From an uncultured delta proteobacterium (GTDB lineage Bacteria > Myxococcota > Kuafuiibacteriia > Kuafuiibacteriales > Kuafuiibacteriaceae): DNA of 64,000 nucleotides. The notes below the pieces were generated by a model. That model was given only the letters and a program-made list of their open reading frames with translations, made no database searches and was not told where the DNA came from. Shown here one piece after another: positions 32,112 to 43,006 of this stretch (its first letter is position 1; each line of letters begins with the position of its first letter). Location of the stretch: assembly GCA_963803435.1 (NCBI GenBank), contig CAWDML010000005.1, positions 256,001-320,000 of the forward strand, given 5' to 3'. Both the position numbers and the translations under genes were made by a program.

Positions 32112-32777
32112 ATGCGCAAAGATGCTCTCGTCATCGGTCTCGGTCAGTTCGGTATGGCGCTCGCGCGCTCGCTGACGGCCAAACGGGTCGAGGTCATGGC
32201 CATCGACAAGGACGAAGGGCTGGTGCAGCGCGCCTCCCACCACGTCGCCGAGGCCATCTGCTTCGACAGCACGAACGAGGAGGTGCTGGCTCGCGCCTCC
32301 CCCGACAAGCGCGACTACTGCGTGGTCGCCATCGGCGACGAGTCGCGCGAGAGCTCGATCGTCACCACGGCGCTGCTCCGCCAGATGGGCGCCCCGTACA
32401 TCATCACGCGGGCCAACAACGAGATCCACGAGCGCATCGTCCGGCTGGTAGGCGCGCACGAGGTCGTGAACCCGGAGCGCGCGTTCGGGGAGCGGCTGGC
32501 CAACCGGCTCGCGTACCGCGGCGTGATCGATCAGGTCCCGATCGGCGAGGACCTGGTCTTCTCCGAGCTCAAGGTGCCGGCCAAGGCGGTGGGCCGGACA
32601 CTGGCCGAGCTGGCGATGCCGCGTCGCTTCGGCGTCACCGTGGTCGGGATCCGCAAGCTCGAGGGCGGCCGCGGTCAGGTGCGCTCGCCTCGCCCCACCG
32701 ATCCGCTGGATCCCGAGGACATCCTCCTGGTGGTGGGCGGGATGGACGGCCTCGCCAAGCTGACGGAGGAGCTCTAG
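32112..32777 (+). CDS. ktrA: Trk/Ktr regulatory RCK subunit (KtrA/TrkA)
   Basis: VIGLGQFG Rossmann motif, VVNPER, RCK_C (GRTLAELAMPRRFGVTVVGI). Confidence 0.92.
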   Translation: MRKDALVIGLGQFGMALARSLTAKRVEVMAIDKDEGLVQRASHHVAEAICFDSTNEEVLARASPDKRDYCVVAIGDESRESSIVTTALLRQMGAPYIITRANNEIHERIVRLVGAHEVVNPERAFGERLANRLAYRGVIDQVPIGEDLVFSELKVPAKAVGRTLAELAMPRRFGVTVVGIRKLEGGRGQVRSPRPTDPLDPEDILLVVGGMDGLAKLTEEL

Positions 32778-33685
32778 TGCGAATCCGCGAGGAGGTCCGG
32801 CTGGTGGTGGTCGGTCTGCTCGGCTTCCAGCTGGTGGCCTCGGGCGGCGCGGTGCTGCTCCTCGGGCGCATGAGCCCGGCGATCGATCAAATCCTGACCC
32901 ACAACGCCCAGTCGGTGCAGGCGATCGAGCAGATGACGATCCAGCTCGCGGTCACCTCCGCGCCCGTCGAGGATCGCCGCTCGCGGTTCGACACGGCGCT
33001 CGCGCGGGCCAAGGAGAACCTGAGCGACGCCAGCGACGCCAAGCTCCTCGGCGAGCTGGAGCAGCTGGCGCCGCGGATCATGACGATCGAGCCCGACCCG
33101 GTGGCGGTCGGCCGCGCGGTCGAGCTCCTGCACTCGCTGTCGGAGATCAACCGCGCCTCCATGCACAACGTCTCCAAGCGCGCGCTCCGGTTGGGGGCGG
33201 CGGGCGCCTGGGCGGAGGTTTTGCTCGGGCTGGCCGCGTTCGCGCTGGCGATCATCCTGGCCCGCCGGATCAACCGCTCGATCGTGCACCCGTTCGCCGA
33301 CCTGGTGGAGGCGGTGCGCGACTGGACGGCGGGCGATCGCTATCGCCGGTGCCGCGTCTCGGGTCCGTCCGAGGTGAGCGAGCTGGCGGAGGCGTTCAAC
33401 GATCTGCTCGATCGACTGTCACCGCTTCGCCGGGAGGAGGTACGCGCCTCACGCGATCGGGCGCTGCTCAACCACGTCCTCGATCGCTTCGAGTACGCCG
33501 TCCTCGCCGTCGACTCGCTGGGGGAGGTGGTGGCGGCGAATCGCGCCGGGCTCGAACGCCTCGATCACGATCCGGAGCTCGCGCACGCGATCGCCACGGT
33601 GCCGAGCGGCGGAAGCATGACCGAGTTCAAGGAGGTCGCGGTCGTCGAGCCGGGCGAGCTCTGGGTGGTGCGCCCGCAAGCGTGA
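32777..33685 (+). CDS. Membrane sensor: TM - periplasmic four-helix bundle - TM - HAMP - PAS-like, no kinase domain
   Basis: Two TMs, IDQILTHNAQSVQAIEQM sensor helix, HAMP (PFADLVEAVR...SEVSELAEAFNDLLDRL), PAS start (VLAVDSLGEVVAANRAG); start overlaps the ktrA stop. Confidence 0.8.
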   Translation: MRIREEVRLVVVGLLGFQLVASGGAVLLLGRMSPAIDQILTHNAQSVQAIEQMTIQLAVTSAPVEDRRSRFDTALARAKENLSDASDAKLLGELEQLAPRIMTIEPDPVAVGRAVELLHSLSEINRASMHNVSKRALRLGAAGAWAEVLLGLAAFALAIILARRINRSIVHPFADLVEAVRDWTAGDRYRRCRVSGPSEVSELAEAFNDLLDRLSPLRREEVRASRDRALLNHVLDRFEYAVLAVDSLGEVVAANRAGLERLDHDPELAHAIATVPSGGSMTEFKEVAVVEPGELWVVRPQA

Positions 33686-33702
33686 AGTGCTAGCGTCGCC
33701 GG

Positions 33703-34140
33703 ATGTTGAAACGGACCAGCAAGGCAGTGTGGCGCGGCAACGGCGCGGAGGGCCAGGGCGCTCTCACCACCCAGAGCGGCGCGTTCAAGGATCAGCCGTA
33801 CTCGTTCAAGGGCCGCTTCCAGAGCGAGGACGGCAAGGCCGGCACCAACCCGGAGGAGCTGATCGGCGCGGCCCACGCGGGCTGCTTCGCGATGGCGCTC
33901 TCCTTCGGGCTCACCAACGCCGGCCATCCCCCGGAGGAGCTCACCGTCTCCGCCACCGTGAAGATGGAGAAGCGTGAGATCGGCTGGACGATCGAGCAGA
34001 TCGACCTGGATCTGGTGGGCAAGGTCCCGGGGATCGACGCCGCCCAGTTCCAGTCCCTCGCCGAGCAGGCCAAGGCCGGCTGTCCGGTCTCCCGCGCGCT
34101 CCACGCCGTTCCGATCACCTTGACCGCCAAGCTGGGTTGA
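33703..34140 (+). CDS. osmC: OsmC family peroxiredoxin
   Basis: GTNPEELIGAAHAGCFAMALS...AKAGCPVSRAL. Confidence 0.93.
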   Translation: MLKRTSKAVWRGNGAEGQGALTTQSGAFKDQPYSFKGRFQSEDGKAGTNPEELIGAAHAGCFAMALSFGLTNAGHPPEELTVSATVKMEKREIGWTIEQIDLDLVGKVPGIDAAQFQSLAEQAKAGCPVSRALHAVPITLTAKLG

Positions 34141-34176
34141 ACGACGGCCGGTCGCTGGAGGTACAATGGGCGAGGC

Positions 34177-35688
34177 TTGCGCCAGTTCGGTCGTTACGAG
34201 CTGATCGAGCAGATCGCCGCCGGCGGAATGGCGGAGATCTGGTTGGCGCGCCAGTACGGCCTCCCCGACTTCCACCGGATCGTGGTGGTGAAGAAGCTCA
34301 ACGAGGACCTCAAGGAGGACGACACCTTCGTCCACATGTTCCTCGACGAGGCCCGCACCAGCGCCCAGCTCACGCACCCGAACGTGGTGCAGATCTACGA
34401 TCTCGGGTTCAAGGACGGCGAGTACTTCATCGCGATGGAGTACATCCACGGTGAAGATCTGATCGAGCTGACGCATCGCGCGGTCGAGGTCGAGAGGCTG
34501 ATCCCGATCGGACACGTGGTGCGGATCGTCGCCGACGCGCTCAAGGGCCTTCACCACGCCCACACGCTGGTCGGCACCGACGGTCGTCCGCTCGGCATCG
34601 TCCACCGCGACGTCTCTCCGCACAACGTGCTCGTCACCTACGACGGCATGGTGAAGCTGGTGGACTTCGGGATCGCGAAGGCGCGCACCCAGACCGAGGT
34701 CACCGGGTCGGGCATGCTCAAGGGCAAGCACGCATACATGAGCCCCGAGCAGGTACGCGGCGAGGGCATCGATCACCGCAGCGACATCTTCACCATCGGC
34801 ATCCTCCTGTACGAGCTGGGCACCGGCGAGCGCCTGTTCGTCGGACGCAACGAGGTGGAGACGCTCGAGGCCGTTCTCTCCGGCGACATCCCGCGCCCGT
34901 CCGACCGCGTCCCCGGCTTCCCCGAGAAGCTCGAGGCCATCATCCTGCGCGCGCTCGAGCGCGATCCCGACCTCCGCTACCAGAGCGCCCAGGAGATGCA
35001 GCTCGACCTCGAGCGCTCGATGCCCAGCCTGCCCGGCTCGGCAGAGCTGGGCCGTTATCTCCACGAGCTCTTCGAGCCGATCATCGAGGAGAAACAGCGG
35101 GTCCTCGCCTTCCTGCGCCGCAGCGGCGCCCTCACCCAGGAGCAATGGAGCGAGGAGGAGGAGGCGCCCCCGCCGTTGATGCTGGCGAAGAGGAGCGCGA
35201 TCGACGTCCCGACCGACGTCTTCGTCCGCAAGCGCCGCCACCTCGCGATCGGCGCCACCAAGCTGGGCGCCCGGAAGCCCTGGCTGGTCCGCGCGCCGCT
35301 GATGGTCCGCATGATCGCCGAGCGGGCGCCCGTTCGTTTCAAACGACCGCTGGCGATGGTGCTCGCCGGTCCCATGGTGGGGATCGCGCTGATCGCCGCC
35401 GCCGCCCCGATCGGCGTGTGGCTGGCCGGCAGCGGCTCCACCGCGATCGCACAGGCGCCGTCGCCGTTCCGGCCGGAGCCGGCGCCCGCGCTGGCGGCGC
35501 TGCGGGTCACCTCCGACCCGCCGGGCGCCTCGGTCACCGTCGACGGTGTGCTGGTAGGGCGGACACCGTTGATCCGGCCTCTGCCTGCGGGCGGGTCCCA
35601 TATCGTCGTCGTCGCGAAGGACGGCCGCACCGTCGAGCGGACGATCTGGGTGAGCCGCACCGGCGCCCGCCTCGACGTCCGGCTCTGA
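34177..35688 (+). CDS. Membrane Ser/Thr kinase with C-terminal PEGA domain
   Basis: IAAGGMAEI, VVKK, HRDVSPHN, DFG, KGKHAYMSPEQ; TM; VTSDPPGASVTVDG...GRTP. Confidence 0.92.
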   Translation: MRQFGRYELIEQIAAGGMAEIWLARQYGLPDFHRIVVVKKLNEDLKEDDTFVHMFLDEARTSAQLTHPNVVQIYDLGFKDGEYFIAMEYIHGEDLIELTHRAVEVERLIPIGHVVRIVADALKGLHHAHTLVGTDGRPLGIVHRDVSPHNVLVTYDGMVKLVDFGIAKARTQTEVTGSGMLKGKHAYMSPEQVRGEGIDHRSDIFTIGILLYELGTGERLFVGRNEVETLEAVLSGDIPRPSDRVPGFPEKLEAIILRALERDPDLRYQSAQEMQLDLERSMPSLPGSAELGRYLHELFEPIIEEKQRVLAFLRRSGALTQEQWSEEEEAPPPLMLAKRSAIDVPTDVFVRKRRHLAIGATKLGARKPWLVRAPLMVRMIAERAPVRFKRPLAMVLAGPMVGIALIAAAAPIGVWLAGSGSTAIAQAPSPFRPEPAPALAALRVTSDPPGASVTVDGVLVGRTPLIRPLPAGGSHIVVVAKDGRTVERTIWVSRTGARLDVRL

Positions 35689-35702
35689 TCGCGCATCAGC
35701 CT

Positions 35703-35847
35703 CGCCCCCCCGCTCCCACGGCGGTCACCGTCACCGTCACGGCCACGGACCCACGCACCACGGCCGGGCTTCGTGCTCCGTGACCGGCCTTCGGTGACGG
35801 TGAGGGCGACCGTGACGGTGACCGCGGAGAGAGTAGGCGCGGGGGCG
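35703..35847. repeat. ~145-bp imperfect palindrome built from (CACCGT)n/(ACGGTG)n units between convergent genes; REP/MITE-like or bidirectional terminator
   Basis: GCGGTCACCGTCAC (35721-34) pairs with GTGACGGTGACCGC (35812-25); outer arms CGCCCCCCCGC / GCGCGGGGGCG. Confidence 0.75.
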
Positions 35848-35849
35848 GG

Positions 35850-36884
35850 TCACCGCCCGCAGGTCATCGACCCCGCCCGCGTGTCGACCTCGCAGCGGGC
35901 ACGCGCCTTCCCGCTCGGGCGGAGCGCCAGCTTCTTCGCGAGCCCCGAGGAGATCACCAGCTGCCCGTCCCCCGTGATGATCACCGCCTCCGTGTTCGGC
36001 AGCGACTCGACCAGGCGCAGGCCTGCGACCGGCCCCATCACGAACACCGAGGTGGAGAGCGCGTCGGCGTCCTCGGCGCGCGGCGCCACGATGGTGACGC
36101 TCTGTGAGGCGCGCGCCGGGTACCCGGTCTTCGGATCGATGATGTGGTGAAAGCGGACGCCGTCCTTCATCACGAAGTGCTCGTAGTCGCCGCTGGTGGT
36201 GAACGCGCTGTTCTCGAGCGCGAGCACCGCGAAGTCCGCGTCGTCCTGCCGGGGATCGCGGATGCCGGCAATCCAGGGCCGGTCGCCGCGCCGGCCGGCG
36301 AGGTAGAGCTCGCCGCCGGCCTTGACCAGGAAGTCGTGACGGCCGCGGGCACGGAGCAGGGCGACCGCGCGATCGACGGCGTAGCCCTTCGCGATCCCGC
36401 CGAGGCCGATCTTGCTGCCCTTCTCGATCCGCGCGGTGGTCGCCGACGGATCGAGGATCACCCGCCGGTAATCGATCGCCGAGGCGCGGCGGAGCGCCTC
36501 CTCGGGCGTGGGGATGCGGGCCTCGTCTCCGGGATCGAAGCGCCACAGCCCCCAGACGGAGGCGAACGTCGGATCGAACGCGCCGCCGGTCTTCGCCGAC
36601 CAACCCAGCGCGCGCGACAACAGCTCGAACACCTCGGGCGGCAGGGCCAGGGGCCGCCCGCCGGCGTCGTTGAGCCGCCCGATCGGGCTCTCGGGCTTCC
36701 ACTCGGAGAGGAGGCCCTCGACCCGCTCGAGCTCCGCCACCACCCGGGCGAAGTCCTGCTCGGCCCGGGCGCGGTCGGCGTCGCCGTCGACGACGATCTG
36801 GACCTGCACCCGCGTCCCCATCACCGGTGCCTGCGCCTGGTAGACCTCGGGCGCGCCCAGCGAGAGGAGCAGGAGCGCGATCAC
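35850..36884 (-). CDS. apbE: FAD:protein FMN transferase
   Basis: MGT, LLSEWKPESPIGRLN, GAFDPT, LGGIAKGYAVD, TTSGDYE, HHIIDPKTGYP, ADALST. Confidence 0.93.
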   Translation of the reverse strand: MIALLLLSLGAPEVYQAQAPVMGTRVQVQIVVDGDADRARAEQDFARVVAELERVEGLLSEWKPESPIGRLNDAGGRPLALPPEVFELLSRALGWSAKTGGAFDPTFASVWGLWRFDPGDEARIPTPEEALRRASAIDYRRVILDPSATTARIEKGSKIGLGGIAKGYAVDRAVALLRARGRHDFLVKAGGELYLAGRRGDRPWIAGIRDPRQDDADFAVLALENSAFTTSGDYEHFVMKDGVRFHHIIDPKTGYPARASQSVTIVAPRAEDADALSTSVFVMGPVAGLRLVESLPNTEAVIITGDGQLVISSGLAKKLALRPSGKARARCEVDTRAGSMTCGR

Positions 36885-37399
36885 TCGGCGCGTGCCCCTT
36901 CGATGAGCGCACCGACCTGCTTCGAGATCACCTCGCGATCGCTGGGGACGAAGCCGCGATGCACGTACGCGATCTCGCCGCCGCGGATCACGTAGCTCGA
37001 CGGCATCGCGCTCACCCCGTACTCCTGGGCGACCTTGCCGTGCGCGTCGTGAAGGATGCGGAAGTGGACCGGACGCTTCTGGAGCTCCGCCTGCATGTCG
37101 TCTTCGTGCTCGTCGACGCTGATCCCGAGGATCACCAGCCGGTCCTCGCCGTACTGGGCCTGGAGCGCCTCGTAGAACGGCATGGCCGCCTTGCACGGCT
37201 CGCACCACGAGGCCCAGAAGTCGACGATCACGACGCGGTCGGCGAAGCTGTCGAGGCTCACCGGCTGGCCTTGGGCGTCGGGGAGCGTGAACTTGGGCGC
37301 GGGCCCCCCCTCCTGGCTCTGCGCCTCCCGGGTGGCGCCCGCGCAGGACGAGGCGAGGAGAAGGAGGAGAGTCAGGATTGATAGTCGATGCCGATCCAT
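36881..37399 (-). CDS. TlpA/ResA-family thioredoxin-like lipoprotein
   Basis: Lipobox LLASSC; APKFTLPD, VDFWASWCEPC, GISVD, AMPSSY. Confidence 0.9.
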   Translation of the reverse strand: MDRHRLSILTLLLLLASSCAGATREAQSQEGGPAPKFTLPDAQGQPVSLDSFADRVVIVDFWASWCEPCKAAMPFYEALQAQYGEDRLVILGISVDEHEDDMQAELQKRPVHFRILHDAHGKVAQEYGVSAMPSSYVIRGGEIAYVHRGFVPSDREVISKQVGALIEGARAE

Positions 37400-37401
37400 G
37401 G

Positions 37402-38610
37402 TCACAGCTCCAGCGTGAGGCCGCCTCCGAACACGAAGGCGGTACGTTCCAAGAGAAAAGCGAACTCCGAGTAGCGGGTGAATTGAACGTCGAACTTGGC
37501 GTCGATCTGCCAGCGCTCGAGACCGCCGAAGCGAGGCAGCATCAGGGCGAGCTGCACGCCGGGCATGTCGTACCAATAACCGCTCAGCTCTCGATCCATC
37601 GTGAAGAACTCGGGCAGCTCGCGCGCGTTCGGGATCACGTATACGCGTTGATAGAAGCTCGCGGGCGTCTGGAAGTAGAAGCGGTTGCGCAGGCGGACGG
37701 TCAAGACCCCAAAGATTCGCTGGTACAGATGCAGGTCCACGGTGTGGCTCGTAATGGCCCAGTCGTCGAGATAGAAGCGATAGCTCGCGTCGATGAAGAA
37801 GTCCCAGGGCAGGTGGTGCTTCCAGCGGAACGCCGCCGCGCCGCGCCAGCGCGTGCGCGGGACCTGCTCGGCCGGCCGGATGAACGGATGCACGGAGCCG
37901 TCGAGGAGCGTCGTCTCGTCGACCGAGCTCGGATCCACGGAACCCGCCAGGAAGAGCGGGACGTACCGGTACACGCTCCCCTGGTAGCCGAAGTTCGCGA
38001 TCAGTGACCCCGAGAGCTGGATGAATCCGTCCTTGGTGGTCAGCTGCGTCAGCGAGACGTTGAGCGCGTGGATGTTGAGCGTGTCGAGGAAGTGGTTGAA
38101 GGGTGTATGGGAGCGACCGACGGCGTTGCCGACCCAGGCATAGCCCATCCCGAACGTCAGGTTCCGCTGGAGGAAGTCGGACGCGAAGCCGAAGCCGGCG
38201 GTGATGCTGGCGTAGTCGGCCTCGCGGCTCAGGCTGACCGCGCCGGACAGATCCGTGTCGAGGCTGCGCACGCGATGCGTCGCCGAGAACGCCAGCCCGT
38301 GGCGCACCTCGTGGAACTTGTCGGTGGCCTCGGTGCGGACGTCGACCGTCGCGGCGGTGAGGATGTCGGCGTCGTACTCGAGGGCGAGGCTGGTGGTGTC
38401 GTAGATCGTCTGGCTCACCGACACGATCGGGGTGACGACCGTGAGGCCGTCGTCGTCGGTGTAGTATGCGACCTTGGTCGCCACCCGGGTGCCGAACGGC
38501 GCCTCGGGTTCCTCGGTTCGACTGTCTCCCGAACGGCGACGCAGGTCCGTCTCGTCCGCCTTGGGTGAGCCCTCGGCAGCCAGCAGGCATAGGACCAGGA
38601 GCGGGGTCAT
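37402..38610 (-). CDS. DUF3570-family outer-membrane beta-barrel protein
   Basis: YYTDDDGLTVVTP, DADILTAAT, SREADYAS, EQVPRTRWR, YRFYLDDWAITSHT, RFYFQTPASFY, DRELS; C-terminal amphipathic strand; lies between DUF4266 and TlpA. Confidence 0.8.
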   Translation of the reverse strand: MTPLLVLCLLAAEGSPKADETDLRRRSGDSRTEEPEAPFGTRVATKVAYYTDDDGLTVVTPIVSVSQTIYDTTSLALEYDADILTAATVDVRTEATDKFHEVRHGLAFSATHRVRSLDTDLSGAVSLSREADYASITAGFGFASDFLQRNLTFGMGYAWVGNAVGRSHTPFNHFLDTLNIHALNVSLTQLTTKDGFIQLSGSLIANFGYQGSVYRYVPLFLAGSVDPSSVDETTLLDGSVHPFIRPAEQVPRTRWRGAAAFRWKHHLPWDFFIDASYRFYLDDWAITSHTVDLHLYQRIFGVLTVRLRNRFYFQTPASFYQRVYVIPNARELPEFFTMDRELSGYWYDMPGVQLALMLPRFGGLERWQIDAKFDVQFTRYSEFAFLLERTAFVFGGGLTLEL

Positions 38611-38611
38611 C

Positions 38612-38830
38612 TCAGTTGCAGCCGCAGCCGCCGCCGGTGTCGCCGTTGCCGCCCGCGCTGCCCTCTCGATAGGCGAAGAGGTGCTGTTCGAGCTTCGCCT
38701 CCTCCGGATCGACCACGGCCGCCATGCAGGGGTCCGCGAGGACGCCTCGCTCCCAGGGTTGCACGGAGACGCATCCGGATCCGAAGACCGGCGCGAGCAC
38801 CAACCCGACGGTGAGGAGCGCGCGACGCAC
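38612..38830 (-). CDS. DUF4266-family small lipoprotein
   Basis: GSGC lipobox, VQPWERGVLADPCM, YREGSAGGNG...GGGCGCN C-terminus. Confidence 0.85.
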   Translation of the reverse strand: MRRALLTVGLVLAPVFGSGCVSVQPWERGVLADPCMAAVVDPEEAKLEQHLFAYREGSAGGNGDTGGGCGCN

Positions 38831-38908
38831 GCGGCACTATCGTGCGTTCTTTGGACGCGACTCAAGTCGGACGATCGACCTACGACCCAACCTGGATTGT
38901 CACGATCG

Positions 38909-40383
38909 ATGGCTCGGGCGTATGCCCATCGAGTGCGACGATCGCCTGCGTTCGGAGCGCTTCTGCTCATTCTCTCGATCGTGTCCGTCGAGCCCGTCGA
39001 GGCGCAGACGTGCGGACAGTTCGTCGACGTCATCACGGCGCCGAGCAACAAGACCGGCAACCACGCTTGCGATTCGGACCACGACGGCACCATCAAGGAT
39101 TCGAACTACTGCTACTGCGATGACTGCAGCATCCAGCCGGAGCGCTGCCACGGTCGGGGCGACATCGCGTTCTGCTCCTGCGATCCGGCCATCCAGCACT
39201 GCCGCCCCCGTACGTGCGTGGCGAACGGCAGCTGCTCCGCCAGCGACCCGCACAGCTACTTCTGGGCGCTCGACTGCAACGACTACAACCGTGACCGCTT
39301 CCCCGGGAATTGCGAGATCTGCGGCGACACGGTCGACGACAACTGCGACGGCTCCACCACCGACTGCACCAGCACCGACGCCGACGGTGACGGCTTCTCT
39401 CCGCCGCAGGACTGCAACGACAACAACCCACAGGCCCACCCGGGCGCCACCGAGATCCCGTGCAACTCGGTGGACGAGGACTGTTCGGGCTCCGACCTCT
39501 GCGACAACAACCCGACTGATCCGGACGGTGACGGCTACGTCGCCCCCGCGGACTGCAACGAGAACGACGCTGCGATCCATCCCGGGGCCGTGGACATCTG
39601 CGGCGACGGCATCGACTCCGACTGCATCCCCGGCGACTGTCTCGAAGACGCCGACGGTGACGGCAGCCAGACTCCGGCCGATTGCAACGACGCCAACCCC
39701 GCGATCCATCCGGGCGCGTTCGATCTGTGCGGCGACGGCATCGATCAGGACTGCTCCGGAGCTGATCGCGCCTGCGTGATGGACATGGATCGGGACGGGT
39801 ACGACGCCCTTTCGGCCGGTGGCACGGACTGCAACGATCTCGACAGCTCGATCCATCCGGGGGCCATCGAGGTGTGCGGCGACGGCGTCGACCAGGACTG
39901 CAACGGCTCCGACGCCGACTGCGCCGAGTTCGATCGGGACGGCGACGGCCATACGGACGTGGCCGCCGGCGGCGACGACTGCGACGATACCGACGACAGC
40001 GTCTATCCCGGGGCCCCCGAGGGCTGCGGCAAGGGCACCGACGCGAACTGCGACCACATCCCCGACATGGCCTGCGCCGACAGTCCGACGGACCTCGACG
40101 GCGACGGCTTCCAGTCGACGAAGTACGGCGGCGAGGATTGTAACGATCGCGACAGCCGCATCAATCCGCTGGCCCTCGAGGTCTGCGGCGACCACGTGGA
40201 CAACGACTGCAACGGGGTCGCCGACGAGCTCTGCGCGCCCCTGGTCACTCCGCCCGAGGACATACTCTCGTTCGTGAACGAGACCGGCCGCGCCGCCTGC
40301 ACCTGCACCACCGCGGCGAGCTCGAGCGGGCTCCTGCCGCTCCTCGGGCTCCTGCTGGCGTGGGCGGCACGGAGGCGCTGGCG

Positions 40384-40387
<4 letters not shown>
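38909..40387 (+). CDS. Exported protein with 7 MopE-like putative metal-binding repeats, Cys-rich N-domain and MYXO-CTERM-type anchor
   Basis: Signal peptide; 7x DCND....HPGA.E.CGDG.D.DC; ends ACTCTTAASSSGLLPLLGLLLAWAARRRWR. Confidence 0.85.
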
Positions 40388-41558
<1,171 letters not shown>

Positions 41559-41562
<4 letters not shown>

Positions 41563-42095
41563 AGACCGCGCTGCTGCTGCTGTTCTCGGCCGCATGCGCG
41601 CAGGCGCCGCCGCCGCCGAATCTCGAGGGGCTCGACGTGGCGTATTTTCAGTGTAACGTGCAGCCGATCTTCGATCGCAGCTGCGCGTTTCCGAAGTGTC
41701 ACGGCAACCCGGGTCGGCCGCTCTTCCTCTACTCGGCCTCGAAGACGCGCATCGAGCTGGACACGCTCCTGGGTGAGCCGCTGACCAGCAAGGAGATCTG
41801 CGCCAACTACTATCGTGCGGCTGCGTTCGCCCGCACGGACTACGAGTCGCAGCTGATCACCAAGCCGTCGACGCTCGACGCGCTCTCGAGCCAGTACCAC
41901 GAAGGCAACTATCTGTTCGGCCCCGGCGATCCCCAGGCCGACTGTCTGGAGCAATGGATGGAGGGTGCAGCGCAAGTGGGGACCGACCCGTCCTGCATGC
42001 TGTTCTGGCGCATCGACGAGATGGGCACGCCCGAGCGGTGCGATCTCTCGCAGGTCGTCGACTGCTCCGATGCTGCCCGGGGAGCGAACCCGTGA
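41559..42095 (+). CDS. Lipoprotein with atypical CX4CH putative heme-c motif
   Basis: Lipobox FSAAC; FQCNVQPIFDRSCAFPKCHG; SQLITKP...HEG...LEQWMEG pattern of monoheme cytochrome-like lipoproteins. Confidence 0.7.
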
Positions 42096-42970
42096 GGACG
42101 TCCGCCGTCGCGATCCTGCTGATCGGGCTCGGGTGGTGTGGATCCGCCCTCGCCTACTCCGACACCACGACGTTCTCCCGCGACCCCAGCGCGGATCCCG
42201 CCGGGGGCGGCGGCGGCATCTACTTCACCGGCTCGCCCCGCTACTCGGGGCTCAACTGCACCGTCTGCCACATCGGCGGCCCCTCCGACATCTCGATCCG
42301 TCTGAGCGCCCTGGAGGACGGGACGCCCGCCCGGCTGTTCGACGACGGCTACCAGCCCGGCGTGCTCTACGAGATCGAGGTGGCCTTCGCGGAGGATCGG
42401 CTGGCTCCGGAGACGGCGTGCGATCGATCGGGGCCCGATCCCTGCGACCTCAACCTCTTTGCGATGGAGATCGTCGATCGCGCCGGCCGCCCTGCCGGCA
42501 AGCTCTGTCCGGTGCGACCGAACGAAACCACGGGCACGGGGCGGTGCGCGGGCTGCTCGAGCCGACGCGAGGCCGGGACCCTGGTGGAGGACGACTGCTC
42601 GGTGGTGCTGGCCGACGGCTTCGACGACGTGGCCTTCGGCTGGCGAAACGGTGTCACGGCCTACAGCTTCTTCTGGCGCGCCCCAGAGGAGGACGTGGGC
42701 GCGCTCTCGGCCTTCGTCGCCGGAGTCGACGGGCGCGGGCCGGAGACGCCGGAGTCGGAGGCGACCAGCTACCAGAACGACGGCACGGTGGCGGTCGACG
42801 TCGCGCTGCCGTCTCCGACCACGCCGGTGGCCCCGGCCTGCGGGAGCGTCCCGCCCCGAGAGGGCGCCGCCTGGCTGGTCGTGCTCGCCGCCGTGCTGGT
42901 CGTCCGGAGGTCCGGCCGGACGAAGCCGAACGAGTCCGGACGAAGCCGAACGAAGCGCGCCGGTCGCTGA
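42092..42970 (+). CDS. Exported Reeler-like protein with CXXCH motif and MYXO-CTERM-like anchor
   Basis: GTGA overlap; signal peptide; FTGSP...NCTVCHIGG; GYQPGVLYEIEV; YSFFWRAP; PACGSVP...WLVVLAAVLVVRR. Confidence 0.7.
   Translation: MRTSAVAILLIGLGWCGSALAYSDTTTFSRDPSADPAGGGGGIYFTGSPRYSGLNCTVCHIGGPSDISIRLSALEDGTPARLFDDGYQPGVLYEIEVAFAEDRLAPETACDRSGPDPCDLNLFAMEIVDRAGRPAGKLCPVRPNETTGTGRCAGCSSRREAGTLVEDDCSVVLADGFDDVAFGWRNGVTAYSFFWRAPEEDVGALSAFVAGVDGRGPETPESEATSYQNDGTVAVDVALPSPTTPVAPACGSVPPREGAAWLVVLAAVLVVRRSGRTKPNESGRSRTKRAGR
42916..42955 (+). repeat. 20-bp tandem duplication (CCGGACGAAGCCGAACGA x2) extending the C-terminal tail
   Basis: Two adjacent copies, 18 of 20 bases identical. Confidence 0.7.
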
Positions 42971-42980
42971 GCGCGGCGCG

Positions 42981-42996
42981 CGGCACGAACGTTGCT
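42981..42996 (+). promoter_or_regulatory. Sigma54 (-24/-12) promoter consensus
   Basis: CGGCACGAACGTTGCT versus consensus TGGCACG-N4-TTGCW; exact GG-N10-GC spacing. Confidence 0.55.
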
Positions 42997-43006
42997 CTCT
43001 CCTGGT

